A stretch of DNA of 64,000 nucleotides from an uncultured delta proteobacterium (GTDB taxonomy: Bacteria > Desulfobacterota > Zymogenia > Zymogenales > Zymogenaceae): the NCBI GenBank assembly GCA_963792965.1, contig CAWBYW010000007.1, forward strand, positions 416,001 through 480,000. Reading direction: 5' to 3'. Of this stretch, positions 10,030 through 19,846 are shown piece by piece. Under the pieces are notes generated by a model, which had not been told where the DNA came from, did not search any database, and saw nothing but the letters and a program-made list of their open reading frames with translations. The position numbers were made by a program, and so were the translations under genes. Numbering within the stretch: position 1 is the first letter of the stretch; each line of letters begins with the position of its first letter.

Positions 10030-11634
10030 CTATTTGCCGCTCTCCAGGGAGGCGATGACGTCTTTGCGCAATCTGGTCCGGTCGGCCTTCCCGATACGCG
10101 TGATGGGAATATCGTCCTTGATAACGATCTTCTTCGGCACCTTGAACTTTGCCAGCTTTGACTCGAGAAATCGTAACAGACCGTCGGTGTCGACCTGCGT
10201 ACCCCAGACCGGGGCGATGAAGAGCCAGACCACCTCGCCGTATATCTTGTCGGGCACCCCGATGGCGGCGGCAAGCCCCACGTTCTTGTATTCGATCGCC
10301 ACTTCCTCTACTTCCGTCGGCAACACCGTATAGCTCCCCACCCTGATGATCTGCTTGATCCTCCCCTTGATATAGAGCCCTCCGTCCTCGGTCATATACC
10401 CGAGGTCGCCCGTCCTGCACCAGCCGTCCTTCGTGAAGCCGACCCTGTCCTCCTCCTCCATGTTGTAATACGATTTTATCGTCAGGGGGCCGCTGACGAT
10501 GATCTCTCCCATTTCTCCTAAAGGAAGCTCTTTGCCCTTTTCGTCGATGATCTTGATCTCTGTGTTTCCTATGGGCTTCCCGACATAACCGTCGGCTATT
10601 TTCGCAAAATCCTCGTCCGGTTCAGTAAACGTCACCTCCGAGCCCGCCTCGGTGCTCCCGTAACCGTTTATGACGACCGGCGCGATCTTCTCCTTGATGC
10701 CGGCGATCAGCTCGTGTGAGACTTTCTCGCCGGAAAGGACGGCAAGTTTGAGACACGAAAGATCGAACTTAGCAAGGTCGGGAAGAGACAGGATGATCGC
10801 GTACATCGTCGGCACGCCGCCGATCCACGGCACCTTCTCTTTCTGCGTCATCTCGAGGACTGCGTACGGGTTCCACGTTTCCATCATGATCAGCTCAAGC
10901 CCGCCCACGATCCCCGTCCCGAGGAACTCCACCGTACCCCCGACGTGGCTGGGCGGGAGCGCCGCCACCGACTTAATCCTGCCTGTTATCCCCTGGGGAG
11001 CCAGCCACTCGTCGAACATTTCGACTTCGACGTACGACATGTAGACGGAGTTTCGGTGCGACAGCAGGGCCGCCTTCGGGACGCCGGTCGTCCCTCCCGA
11101 GAAGACGATAAGGCTTCCGTCGTCGGGGTCGAGCGCCTCCTTTGCCTCTTTGAGTCGGTCGTCGAGCGAAAGCTCCATCTTCAGTAACTCCTCAAACGAG
11201 GCCCCGAAGACGTTTGATCCAACCGCAACCTTTTTTATCTCTGCAAATTCCCGGCCGAGCGCACCGAGGACGTCCACTATACTGAAGTCTTTTACGCCCG
11301 TTATCGAAACGATAAGCTTCGGTTTGGAGTGAGAAAGAAACCGCTCGAGGTCCGCCGCCCTGAACTTCGTGTCCATCGGCACGATGACCGCGCCGATCAT
11401 CTCGGCCGCAACAAGGGTTAGGACAAACTCGATGCCCGTCGGAAGGATGGAAACCAGACGGTCGCCCTTCCTGACGCCGAGATGAATGAAGGCCTTGGCA
11501 AGCTGGACAACCTGCCGCTGAAACTCTTCGGACGTCACGGTACGTTTACCCTCGCGCAGCGCCGGAAACGCGGGGTCCACCGTACTCCAGTATTCAACGT
11601 ACTGCCAGTAATAATCGAGAGCCGGAATCGTCAT
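10030..11634 (-). CDS. Acyl-CoA synthetase (AMP-forming, class I adenylation enzyme)
   Basis: FSGGTTGVPK, GYGSTE, TGDLG, KGRIK, RIGK. Confidence 0.93.
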   Translation of the reverse strand: MTIPALDYYWQYVEYWSTVDPAFPALREGKRTVTSEEFQRQVVQLAKAFIHLGVRKGDRLVSILPTGIEFVLTLVAAEMIGAVIVPMDTKFRAADLERFLSHSKPKLIVSITGVKDFSIVDVLGALGREFAEIKKVAVGSNVFGASFEELLKMELSLDDRLKEAKEALDPDDGSLIVFSGGTTGVPKAALLSHRNSVYMSYVEVEMFDEWLAPQGITGRIKSVAALPPSHVGGTVEFLGTGIVGGLELIMMETWNPYAVLEMTQKEKVPWIGGVPTMYAIILSLPDLAKFDLSCLKLAVLSGEKVSHELIAGIKEKIAPVVINGYGSTEAGSEVTFTEPDEDFAKIADGYVGKPIGNTEIKIIDEKGKELPLGEMGEIIVSGPLTIKSYYNMEEEDRVGFTKDGWCRTGDLGYMTEDGGLYIKGRIKQIIRVGSYTVLPTEVEEVAIEYKNVGLAAAIGVPDKIYGEVVWLFIAPVWGTQVDTDGLLRFLESKLAKFKVPKKIVIKDDIPITRIGKADRTRLRKDVIASLESGK

Positions 11635-11665
11635 GTCTTTACCTCATCGCTCATGTCATGCCGCT

Positions 11666-12526
11666 CTATAAACCGAGAAGCCTTTTGGCGTTCTCATACA
11701 GGAAGGCCCGCTTTACCTCGTCCTTGAGGGGGAGCGCCTCCGCCTCCGCCACCACGCGCTCGAAGCTGAGCAGCGGCCACTCGCTGGCGTAGAGGATCTG
11801 GTCTTTGAGGATGCTGTTTGCATACTGGACGAGGGTCTCCCACCCCGTCCCGGGCCGCCCGATATATTTCGGGCTGATGGCCCCGGTCTCGATATAGACG
11901 TTCTTGTGTTTCCAGGCCACCGCCACCATCTCGTTGACCCACGGCCAGCCGCCGTGGCTCGCGATCAGCTTCAGGTCCGGGAAGTCGCATGCAACGATGT
12001 CGAGGTTGATGGGCCTCCCGTAGAAGATCGGCCGGTTAAGCGACCAGTTGACACTCGTATGGACGGTCACCGGGACCCCCAGCTCACTTGCCACCTCGTA
12101 GACGGGATAAAACCGTCGGTCGTGAGCCTCCATCCTGTAGGCCCACGGCTGAAGGTTTACCCCCCTCATGCCGCTGTCGACCCAGTCTCGGATCTCGTGC
12201 GCCATGTCTTTGGACTCCTCCGGGTGAACGGTGCAATAACCGATGAACTTGTCCGGGTATTTTGTTACGATCTTATGAACGGCCCTGTTGAGGTGCTTAT
12301 AGTCGCCGAACTCCCATTCCGCCTGCATGACCGCGAGCACGATCCCGTTTTTTTCCATTGACTCCAGGAGTTGTTCGACCCCGAGGTCTATCTTGAGCGC
12401 GGTCTTATAGAGCTCGACATAGTGGCTCATCCAGTGGGGGACAAACGAAAGATCATTGGGGTCGGCGTTGGGGAACTCATCTTTGAATGGGAGCCGCACC
12501 CTGAAATCGATAATCTTGTCGGACAT
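11666..12526 (-). CDS. Amidohydrolase_2 family metallo-hydrolase/decarboxylase
   Basis: IIDFR, PVTVHT, SHGGWPW, NVYIE, LYASEWP, ENAKRLLGL. Confidence 0.9.
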   Translation of the reverse strand: MSDKIIDFRVRLPFKDEFPNADPNDLSFVPHWMSHYVELYKTALKIDLGVEQLLESMEKNGIVLAVMQAEWEFGDYKHLNRAVHKIVTKYPDKFIGYCTVHPEESKDMAHEIRDWVDSGMRGVNLQPWAYRMEAHDRRFYPVYEVASELGVPVTVHTSVNWSLNRPIFYGRPINLDIVACDFPDLKLIASHGGWPWVNEMVAVAWKHKNVYIETGAISPKYIGRPGTGWETLVQYANSILKDQILYASEWPLLSFERVVAEAEALPLKDEVKRAFLYENAKRLLGL

Positions 12527-12645
12527 CTATTCCTCCTTATCCATCCGTTCTCTCTTCCTGTTCTTTCCTCAAGCCATCGGGCGGACGAGCCAACCTGAGC
12601 CGTGATGCGCACTCGTATTTAATGTGTTCTTATCCGCGCACTATA

Positions 12646-13233
12646 TTACTTTTCGATGGACGAAAAGATAATCGTGGTCAGCAGCGCCTTTATCGCTTCC
12701 AGATCGACCGAGCGCTCGTTGAAGACCCATTGGATCATAACGCCGTCGATGCACCCCTGGATGAGGGCGGCCGCGTTCGTGATATCGAGCTCGCGAAACT
12801 GTCCCGACGCCACGCCGCCCTCGAGGATCTCCGTAAGGATATTCGTGCAGCTCTTGTAGACCTTTTCGTTGAATTCCTTCTTATACTCAAGGTTGGACCA
12901 GAGCTCGACCTCGGCCTCGTAGTGAGTCCGATCCGCCATCATATGATCAAAGCTCGCATGGATGTATTCCCTGAGCATTTCTCTTGGCGAATCCTGGCCG
13001 TCCACGCGCTCCATGATTATTCTCCTTTGCTCCTCCAGAATCCGCTTCATAACGGCGGAGATAACCTGGTCTTTGCTCTTGAAGTAGTAGGTGATCACAC
13101 CCCGGCTGATGTCCGCCGTCTCAGCGATCTGGTCAAGAGTGGTCTTGACGTAACCCACGGAGGCGATGGAACCGATCGCGCTCTCTATGATCTGGTCTTT
13201 ACGAATATCCTCAATGATCGATTTTCGTGCCAT
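12646..13233 (-). CDS. TetR/AcrR family transcriptional regulator
   Basis: HTH TTLDQIAETADISRGVITYYFKSKD. Confidence 0.95.
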   Translation of the reverse strand: MARKSIIEDIRKDQIIESAIGSIASVGYVKTTLDQIAETADISRGVITYYFKSKDQVISAVMKRILEEQRRIIMERVDGQDSPREMLREYIHASFDHMMADRTHYEAEVELWSNLEYKKEFNEKVYKSCTNILTEILEGGVASGQFRELDITNAAALIQGCIDGVMIQWVFNERSVDLEAIKALLTTIIFSSIEK

Positions 13234-13332
13234 GTTCCTTCCTTCTATTGGTCCCCATGCTGGGTGACCGCGACTTTATCGCACAGGTCTATTTATTATA
13301 CTGCCTATTCTTTTTTTTATCCGTTGCGCTTA

Positions 13333-13361
13333 TTTATAAGCGACACAGTTAGCTATGTCAA
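13333..13361 (-). promoter_or_regulatory. Sigma70-type promoter of tetR cluster with overlapping palindromic operator
   Basis: TTGACA-17 nt-TATAAA on minus strand; imperfect inverted repeat GACACAG-TTAG-CTATGTC at 13342-13359. Confidence 0.7.
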
Positions 13362-13600
13362 GAAAAAAGGGCAATGGTATGCCCTTATAGGGTATTATTT
13401 TTTACGCGAATCGTGGTAGCGAGAAAAAGGATGGTGTCCGGCTCGGGCATGAAGAAACCGGCGAGTGCGAGGGGATGGTGCTGCCATTTCGGGCGGATAC
13501 TCGTGCCCGGACAGTCGCACGGTCGACCTATTTCGTCCCGGCCGTGCGACCGCCAAGTAGAGCCGGCAACGAAAGCTACGTGGTTAGACGGGATCGGTTG

Positions 13601-14194
13601 CTATTCCTCATAATAGAGCTCGTAGGCGCATTCGGCGTCTCCCTTCCCCCTGCAGAGCGTTTCCACGCAGCGCGCGGTCTTGAAGCCGACTATGTACAGC
13701 GCGATCCCTTCAAAGACCCCGCAGATGTAGGTACAGAAGCTCTTTTCGCCCTTCACACCGTCGCAGAGCGTACAGATGGGATTATGGTAAGTAACGTGAT
13801 CCTTATCAAAGTCAAAAAGCGGGGGCCGATTGATGCTCGCGGCGTAGTAATTCAGGACCGCCTTCAGCTTATCGATCTTCGGGATGGTCGCGTCCTCGGC
13901 AAGCTTCTTGATATCTTCGCTGTTATCGACAACGTGCTCGATCGTGCTCCTTCCCGCCCGCACGACGATCGCCGTGGTGCCCGAGGCCCCGATGATATCG
14001 TGAGACGCCCGGATGATCCGGTCGACGAATGCCTGGGGAAACTTCTCCTGTTCGGAATATCCCGGGGGATTATCGATCAGCTCCCTGAGCCCCGCGTAAT
14101 TGAGGATGGAGTTCTTTCCACCCGTCCCGAGGATGTCTTCATATGAATCGATAACGACTCTCAGGGCCAACGAAGTTATCTCGTCCTTTTCCAT
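13601..14194 (-). CDS. Stand-alone V4R-domain protein
   Basis: GGAGG before ATG 14194; C-terminal CTLC...FC...GVFEG...CVETLCRGKGDAECAYE pattern. Confidence 0.85.
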   Translation of the reverse strand: MEKDEITSLALRVVIDSYEDILGTGGKNSILNYAGLRELIDNPPGYSEQEKFPQAFVDRIIRASHDIIGASGTTAIVVRAGRSTIEHVVDNSEDIKKLAEDATIPKIDKLKAVLNYYAASINRPPLFDFDKDHVTYHNPICTLCDGVKGEKSFCTYICGVFEGIALYIVGFKTARCVETLCRGKGDAECAYELYYEE

Positions 14195-14365
14195 TGCCAC
14201 CTCCACAGCGAAAAAGAAACCATAGAATACGACTGACTGCGCGACCTGTTATAATGCGGCTCCGCGTCGTGTCGGTGTCAAGGGAAAAATGAAATTTATC
14301 GGAAAATTTTTTCGAAACCCGTCCGGGGTCGCACACGACGGCAGGCGTCCTTGCTCCGGAGAACC

Positions 14366-16039
14366 CTACGCCTGAGGTTCGCTGATCGCAGCCTCTTGCG
14401 ACCTCTCCGATTCACGCTCGAGCACGAGAAGCATCCGCCGCTCGAGCTGGTCGATCAGGGGGCCGAGGGTGGAGGAATCGTTGGCGGAGATGAAGACGGC
14501 ATCATCCTGCGATCCGAGCCTCGCCAGGACGTCGGTCGGAACTAAGTCGATCTTGTTGAAGACGATCAACACCGGGATGTCGGTAAGTCCCAGTTCTTCG
14601 AGGATCTTATCCACCGCCTCGATGCGCGCCTCGTAGCGCGGGTCGGACGCGTCCACCACGTGGACCAGGAGATCGGCGCCCCTCAGCTCGTCCAGCGTCG
14701 CCGAAAAGGCGGTCATCAGCTCCTTGGGAAGGTCCCGGATAAATCCGACGGTATCGGTGATGATGACCTCGATGTCCCGCGGGAAGCGGAGCCGTCGGCT
14801 CGAGGGATCAAGCGTCGCAAAGAGCATGTTCCGGGCGTCGACGTCGCTTTTCGTGAGCGTGTTCAGGAGCGTCGATTTGCCCGCGTTGGTATAGCCGATG
14901 ATCGAGATGATCGGCAGGCCCTTCTTGACCCGCTGGGATCGCTGCTGCCCCCGGTCCCTCCCGATCTGCTTGATCTCCCGCTCCAGGCGATGGATCCGGT
15001 CCCGGGCGCGTCGTCGGTTGATCTCGAGCTTCGTCTCGCCCGGCCCCCTCCCCCCGATGCCGCCGGTGAGCCGGCTCATGGCGGTGTTCTTCGTGATGAG
15101 CCGGGGCAGCATATATTTGAGCTGCGCGAGCTCCACCTGGATCTTGCCCTGCCGGCTCTTGGCCCGCTGCGCGAAGATGTCGAGGATCACCTGGGTCCGG
15201 TCGATGACGGACAGCTCCGTAAAATCGGTGATCGTCCTGACCTGATCGGCCATGAGCTCCCCGTCGAAGACGAGCATGTTGGCGCCCATCTGCTGGGCCC
15301 GGATGACGATGTCGCTGAGCTTCCCCTTTCCGAGAACCCATTTGGAGTCAGGCCTGTCGCGCCTCTGGATTACCGTGTCCAGCACCGTGAGCCCCGAGGT
15401 CCGGCAGAGCTCCTTGAGCTCGTCTATCGAATCGCCCGGATCGACGCCACGGCCGTAGTAGGCCCCGAAGAGGATGGCCCCCTCCTGCTCCTTGACCCTC
15501 CGCGCACGGAATTTCCTGACGAACTCCTCCTCGAGCGACGTGATGAGCCGGGAAAAATCGATGTCGAGCCGGTGGATCGAGATGGGATCCAGCCGCGTCC
15601 AGACCTGTCCGTCCCCGTTTTCCGCCACCAGGTGCGCGATATGGATCTCCCCCGGGAGCCCGCCGTCCGTCACCTCAAGGGCCGCCATCAGGTCCAGGCG
15701 CAACAGCGCCAGGTCCGAGAGGTCGTCCTGAGTAAGTGGCTCTCCCTTCAGGTGCGTGTGGACGGAGCGCAGGCCCCGAAGTCGGGCAGGGCCCATCCGG
15801 AAGCGAGAGATGTCGGGGATGACCACCATCGAGCTGTCCCCGATGATCACGTACTCAATGTTTCCTTTGCGGTCGATGAGGGTGCATATCTGCCGGCGAA
15901 TCTCGCCGGAGATCTCGGTGAGGGAGCGCGCAAGCTCCGGTGTGATGATTCTATCGGTGGGAACGCGGCGGCGGTAGAGGTTCAGAAGCCTCTTTTCCTC
16001 GCTCGATTTGAGGCCGTTGGTGTTGCCGTAAAGTTTCGT
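14366..16039 (-). CDS. hflX: GTPase HflX, long form; start uncertain (ACG 16039 proposed, ORF track ATG 16096)
   Basis: GGIGGRGPGETKLE, GYTNAGKS, LFATLD, DTVGF, NKID; N-terminal LYGNTNGLK...LYRRR extension. Confidence 0.93.
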   Translation of the reverse strand, partial: TKLYGNTNGLKSSEEKRLLNLYRRRVPTDRIITPELARSLTEISGEIRRQICTLIDRKGNIEYVIIGDSSMVVIPDISRFRMGPARLRGLRSVHTHLKGEPLTQDDLSDLALLRLDLMAALEVTDGGLPGEIHIAHLVAENGDGQVWTRLDPISIHRLDIDFSRLITSLEEEFVRKFRARRVKEQEGAILFGAYYGRGVDPGDSIDELKELCRTSGLTVLDTVIQRRDRPDSKWVLGKGKLSDIVIRAQQMGANMLVFDGELMADQVRTITDFTELSVIDRTQVILDIFAQRAKSRQGKIQVELAQLKYMLPRLITKNTAMSRLTGGIGGRGPGETKLEINRRRARDRIHRLEREIKQIGRDRGQQRSQRVKKGLPIISIIGYTNAGKSTLLNTLTKSDVDARNMLFATLDPSSRRLRFPRDIEVIITDTVGFIRDLPKELMTAFSATLDELRGADLLVHVVDASDPRYEARIEAVDKILEELGLTDIPVLIVFNKIDLVPTDVLARLGSQDDAVFISANDSSTLGPLIDQLERRMLLVLERESERSQEAAISEPQA

Positions 16040-16154
16040 GTTGCTTCCTTTACCCTTGCAATGACTCGTCTTCTTCCATATAATAGTATACGACATCGGC
16101 GGAAAATTTCAAGGACTTTATGCGGCCCCCGAAAGACACAAGGGAGGCTTTTTT

Positions 16155-17241
16155 ATGAGACGAGGGACGGCCACGCTGCCGCTGCATGGCGGCAAGGCCC
16201 CGGCCTGGCTGATGAACCGGATGGTCAGGCTCGCCCGGGAGATGATCGTCATCATCGTATCCGACTTCGGGCCCGTGGAAGTGCTCCGGCGCCTGTCGGA
16301 CCCCTTCTGGTTTCAGTCCTTCGGCTGTCTCTTGGGGTTCGACTGGCACTCAAGCGGCGTCACCACCACGGTATCCGCGGCCGTCAAGGAAGGGATCGCC
16401 GGGATGGAGCACGAGCTCTCGCTCTTTGCCGCCGGCGGAAAGGGTGCGCGCTCCCGCAGAACCCCCGACGAGATCATGGCCCGGGGCGACTCGATGACGG
16501 TCGACCCTAATCACCTCGTCTACCTCTCACGGTTGGTCGCCAAGGTGGACAACAACGCCGTCATGGACGGCCACCAGCTCTACATCCACAATTTCTTCTT
16601 CACCCCGGACGGGCACTGGGCCGTTGTCCAGCAGGGGATGAACGACCAGACCGGTACCGCCCGGCGCTACCACTGGCTCTCCGACACGGTTGTTGACCCG
16701 ACCGACGAGCCCCACGCGGCCATCTGCGGAGAGACCCGGATCGACAGCGTCATGAACCTCACCGATCACCGGGCCGGCGATGCCCGGGTGCTGGCCACCG
16801 AGCTTTCTCACGAGCACCCGGACAGGATCGCCGCCGAGATCGAGTCGATCAAGCGCCTCGAGCTGCCGAGCCGCCACGAGGTGCTTGCCGCCGATATCGA
16901 TCCGAAGCGAATCTATAAGATCCTCCTGTCGACCTACGAGCGCCGCCCCAAGGACTTCGAAGAGCTCCTGGCTGCAACAGGGCGTCGGGCCCAAGACGAT
17001 CCGGGCGCTGGCGCTGATCAGTGAGGTGCTCTACGGCACACCCGCGTCGTTTTCGGACCCCGCCCGCTTCAGCTTCGCCCACGGGGGGAAGGACGGCCAC
17101 CCCTACCCCGTCGACCGAGAGAACTACGACCGCTCGATTGACCTGTTGAGGCGCGTTGCCCACGCCGCGAAGATCGGCATGACCGAAAAGAAGGAGGCAT
17201 TGCAGACGCCTCGATACTTTTTACCGGAACTTTTCCCATGA
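16155..17241 (+). CDS. DUF763 family protein, frameshifted near 16975 (possibly again near 17203)
   Basis: LPLHGGKAPAWL, FDWHSSGVTT, VQQGMN, ARRYHW; second frame GVGPKTIRALAL, FAHGGKDGHPYPV. Confidence 0.88.
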
Positions 17242-17895
17242 AACATCAGAGACTTGAGAACGTGGCGGCCGTCGTCTTCGATTTCGACGGGACGCTGGCC
17301 GAGCTGAACATCGATTTCCCCGCGCTCTACGTCAGGCTCTTCGAGACTGACCGAGCGCTACGGCGTCGACCGCGCGGCGCTCAAAGAGGTCTATCTCGTC
17401 GAGCTGATCGACGAGATCACAGCTTTGCTGGGCGACGGCGCGGGGAAAAACTTCCTTGCCGAGGCAAATCGGCTCGTCGTCGATACCGAGGTCGCCGCAG
17501 CCCGGCACGCCTCGCTCTTTCCCGGCTCGCGCGATCTCATCTCGGCGCTCAGGAAGAAGGGGATTCGGGTGGGGCTGGTCACCCGCAACTGCGGCGCGGC
17601 GGTGCTGGCCGTCTATCCCGAGGCCCAGGCCGAGGTAGACGCCTTCCTGCCACGGGAGGCCGTGGCCCACGTCAAGCCACACCCCGATCATCTCCAAAAG
17701 GTGCTGGCGCTGCTGGGGAGTGAGGCCGCGCGCTCGGTCATGGTGGGGGACCACCCCATCGACATCACGGCGGCGCTGGCCGTCGGGATGGTGCCGGTGG
17801 GCGTCACCACCGGCCACACGACGCGCGACCAGCTTGCCGACGCGGGGGCGGTGCTGGTGCTCGACACGGTGGTGGAGCTCTTGGGATACGTCTAA
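17238..17895 (+). CDS. HAD-superfamily phosphatase, frameshifted near 17347
   Basis: FDFDGTL; second frame VTRN, KPHP, VGDHPIDI. Confidence 0.88.
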
Positions 17896-17897
17896 GG

Positions 17898-18081
17898 CGT
17901 AGGGATGGCATACATGCCGCCCCTACGATGGTACAGCCGTCCCAATCCCTCGTAGGGACACGACTTGTCGTGTCCGTGGCCCGGATGATAGTGGGACCGA
18001 TGCCGGCAACGCGGGCGGACTTAATTACAGAGATGACGGCCTTGTTACATTCCGGCGGGCGCCACATGTGGTGCCCCTACG
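17898..18081. repeat. Cluster of three GTAG-type REP-like palindromes
   Basis: CGTAGGGATGGCATACATGCCGCCCCTACG (17898), GTAGGGACACGACTTGTCGTGTCC (17952), GGGCGCCACATGTGGTGCCCCTAC (18057). Confidence 0.7.
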
Positions 18082-18120
18082 GTCATTATCGACGACACTC
18101 TATCGGCACATACGATTGAT

Positions 18121-19152
18121 ATGAAGAAGAACAACACGAAGCTCCCCACGGGAAAACTGAAGTACGAGCTCTTGGGAAAGATCCTTTCCGATTTTGAGAT
18201 TGCGGACCCCCGCGTGATCGTGGGGCCCCGGATCGGCGAGGATGCCGCGGTCATCGACATGGGTGACTCGTACCTGATCGCCACGGCCGACCCCATCACG
18301 TTCACCGCCGGCAACATCGGGTACTACGCCATCAACGTCAACGCCAACGACATCGCCGTCCACGGCGCGGCCCCGAAGTGGTTTTTGGCCACGATCCTCT
18401 TGCCGCTGGACACGAGCGACGAGGCGGCGGCGCGTCGAATCTTCGGCGAGCTCAAGCAGGCGATGGCGCCGCTCGGGGTGACGCTCGTGGGCGGCCACAC
18501 GGAGGTGACCGACGCCGTGAACCGGCCCGTGGTGAGCGGCCTGATGCTGGGCGAAGTAAAAAAGGGCCCGGTCATCACGACGAGCGGAGCGCGCCCCGGC
18601 GACCTGGTCTTTTTGACGAAGGGCGTGCCCGTCGAGGGGACGGCGATCATCGCCCAGGAAAAAGAGGCGGAGCTCTTGAAGAAGGGCATCGACCCGGACA
18701 CGATCCGGCGGGCAAAGCGGTTCCTTGTCGACCCCGGCCTCAGCATCGTGAAGGAGGCGCTGTTGGCCGCACGCACCGCCCCGGTCTCCTCGATGCACGA
18801 CCCCACCGAGGGGGGGCTTTCCGCGGGGCTCAACGAGATCGCGATAGCCGCCGGCGTCTCGATCACGGTGCGCGAGGCGGCGATCCCGGTCTACCCCGAG
18901 GGGAAGGTGCTGTGCGACGCCTTCGGGATAGACCCGCTCGGCACGATCGCCTCCGGCGCGCTCGTCTTCACCGCCGCCCCCGCCCACAGGGCGGCAATCG
19001 AATCGGCCTTTAAAAAGGAGCGGATCGCCCTCTCGGTCATCGGGGAGGTCGCGGATAAATCAAACGAGCGGGTCTGGATCGTCCGGACCGACGGAAAGAC
19101 GGAGCCCCTCCCCTACCACGAGCGGGACGAGATATTGAAGGTGTTTGAGTGA
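18121..19152 (+). CDS. AIR synthase-related (PurM/HypE/ThiL-like) protein
   Basis: GEDAAVI, NANDIA, GGHTE, MHDPTEGG; C-terminus EPLPYHERDEILKVFE. Confidence 0.9.
   Translation: MKKNNTKLPTGKLKYELLGKILSDFEIADPRVIVGPRIGEDAAVIDMGDSYLIATADPITFTAGNIGYYAINVNANDIAVHGAAPKWFLATILLPLDTSDEAAARRIFGELKQAMAPLGVTLVGGHTEVTDAVNRPVVSGLMLGEVKKGPVITTSGARPGDLVFLTKGVPVEGTAIIAQEKEAELLKKGIDPDTIRRAKRFLVDPGLSIVKEALLAARTAPVSSMHDPTEGGLSAGLNEIAIAAGVSITVREAAIPVYPEGKVLCDAFGIDPLGTIASGALVFTAAPAHRAAIESAFKKERIALSVIGEVADKSNERVWIVRTDGKTEPLPYHERDEILKVFE
19101..19152 (+). repeat. Direct repeat R1 copy a (3' end of the AIR-synthase-like gene)
   Basis: GGAGCCCCTCCCCTACCACGAGCGGGACGAGATATTGAAGGTGTTTGAGTGA. Confidence 0.95.
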
Positions 19153-19270
19153 CGGTCTTAAGGCTCCCCGCTCCGGCTCGGATAGTTTTCGGTTGCTTTG
19201 GGCGGACGGCGGCATAGGATCTCGATAAAAACCCGCTCTCTCTGCGGCGTAATTAAATAAGGAGTAAAAT

Positions 19271-19647
19271 ATGAAAGCCAACCGTATCGCGCTATTTGTC
19301 GTCATCGCCATTTTCTCCTGGCCGCCCTGCCGCTCCTCGCCGCACCCTTCGTCGCCGATCCGGCGGCCAAAGACGTGTCCATTGACATAGCCGCGATGAA
19401 TGCTTCCGTGGATCCTGACGACATCACCGTCTACGCCGGGCAAAATGTAACGCTCAATGTCACCTGCGTCGAGGCATGGCGAATGAACCGCACCTGGTTC
19501 AAGCTCGACGAATTCGGCGCCGTAGGCCCTGTCTTTAAGGGAAAGACCAAGAGCTTTACATTTACCGTCGAAAAGATCGGCGAGTATCCCTTTACGGCCG
19601 GCGACATGAAAGGAGTCCTCAGGGTCGTGCCGAAACCGGAGAAGTGA
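19271..19647 (+). CDS. Secreted cupredoxin-like protein; one base missing in T-run near 19312
   Basis: TAAGGAG RBS; restored reading MKANRIALFVVIAIFLLAALPLLA...PDDITVYAGQNVTLNV...FTFTVEKIGEYPF...MKGVLRV. Confidence 0.7.
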
Positions 19648-19680
19648 AGGTCTGCGGCAAAGTACTGACCCAATGAAAGG

Positions 19681-19729
19681 GCCCCTCCCCTACCACGAGC
19701 GTGACGAGATATTGAAGGTGTTTACGTAG
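19681..19729 (+). repeat. Direct repeat R1 copy b
   Basis: GCCCCTCCCCTACCACGAGCGTGACGAGATATTGAAGGTGTTTACGTAG. Confidence 0.95.
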
Positions 19730-19846
19730 GTCGCCCCGTCGCTCGACGGACGGACAAGTCGATGGGAAAAAGCTCGCCTTTTTATCAGACGAAATCAGAC
19801 CGAAACAACCAGCCGGGATTATTTTAACAGACGGATGAGTTTTCTC

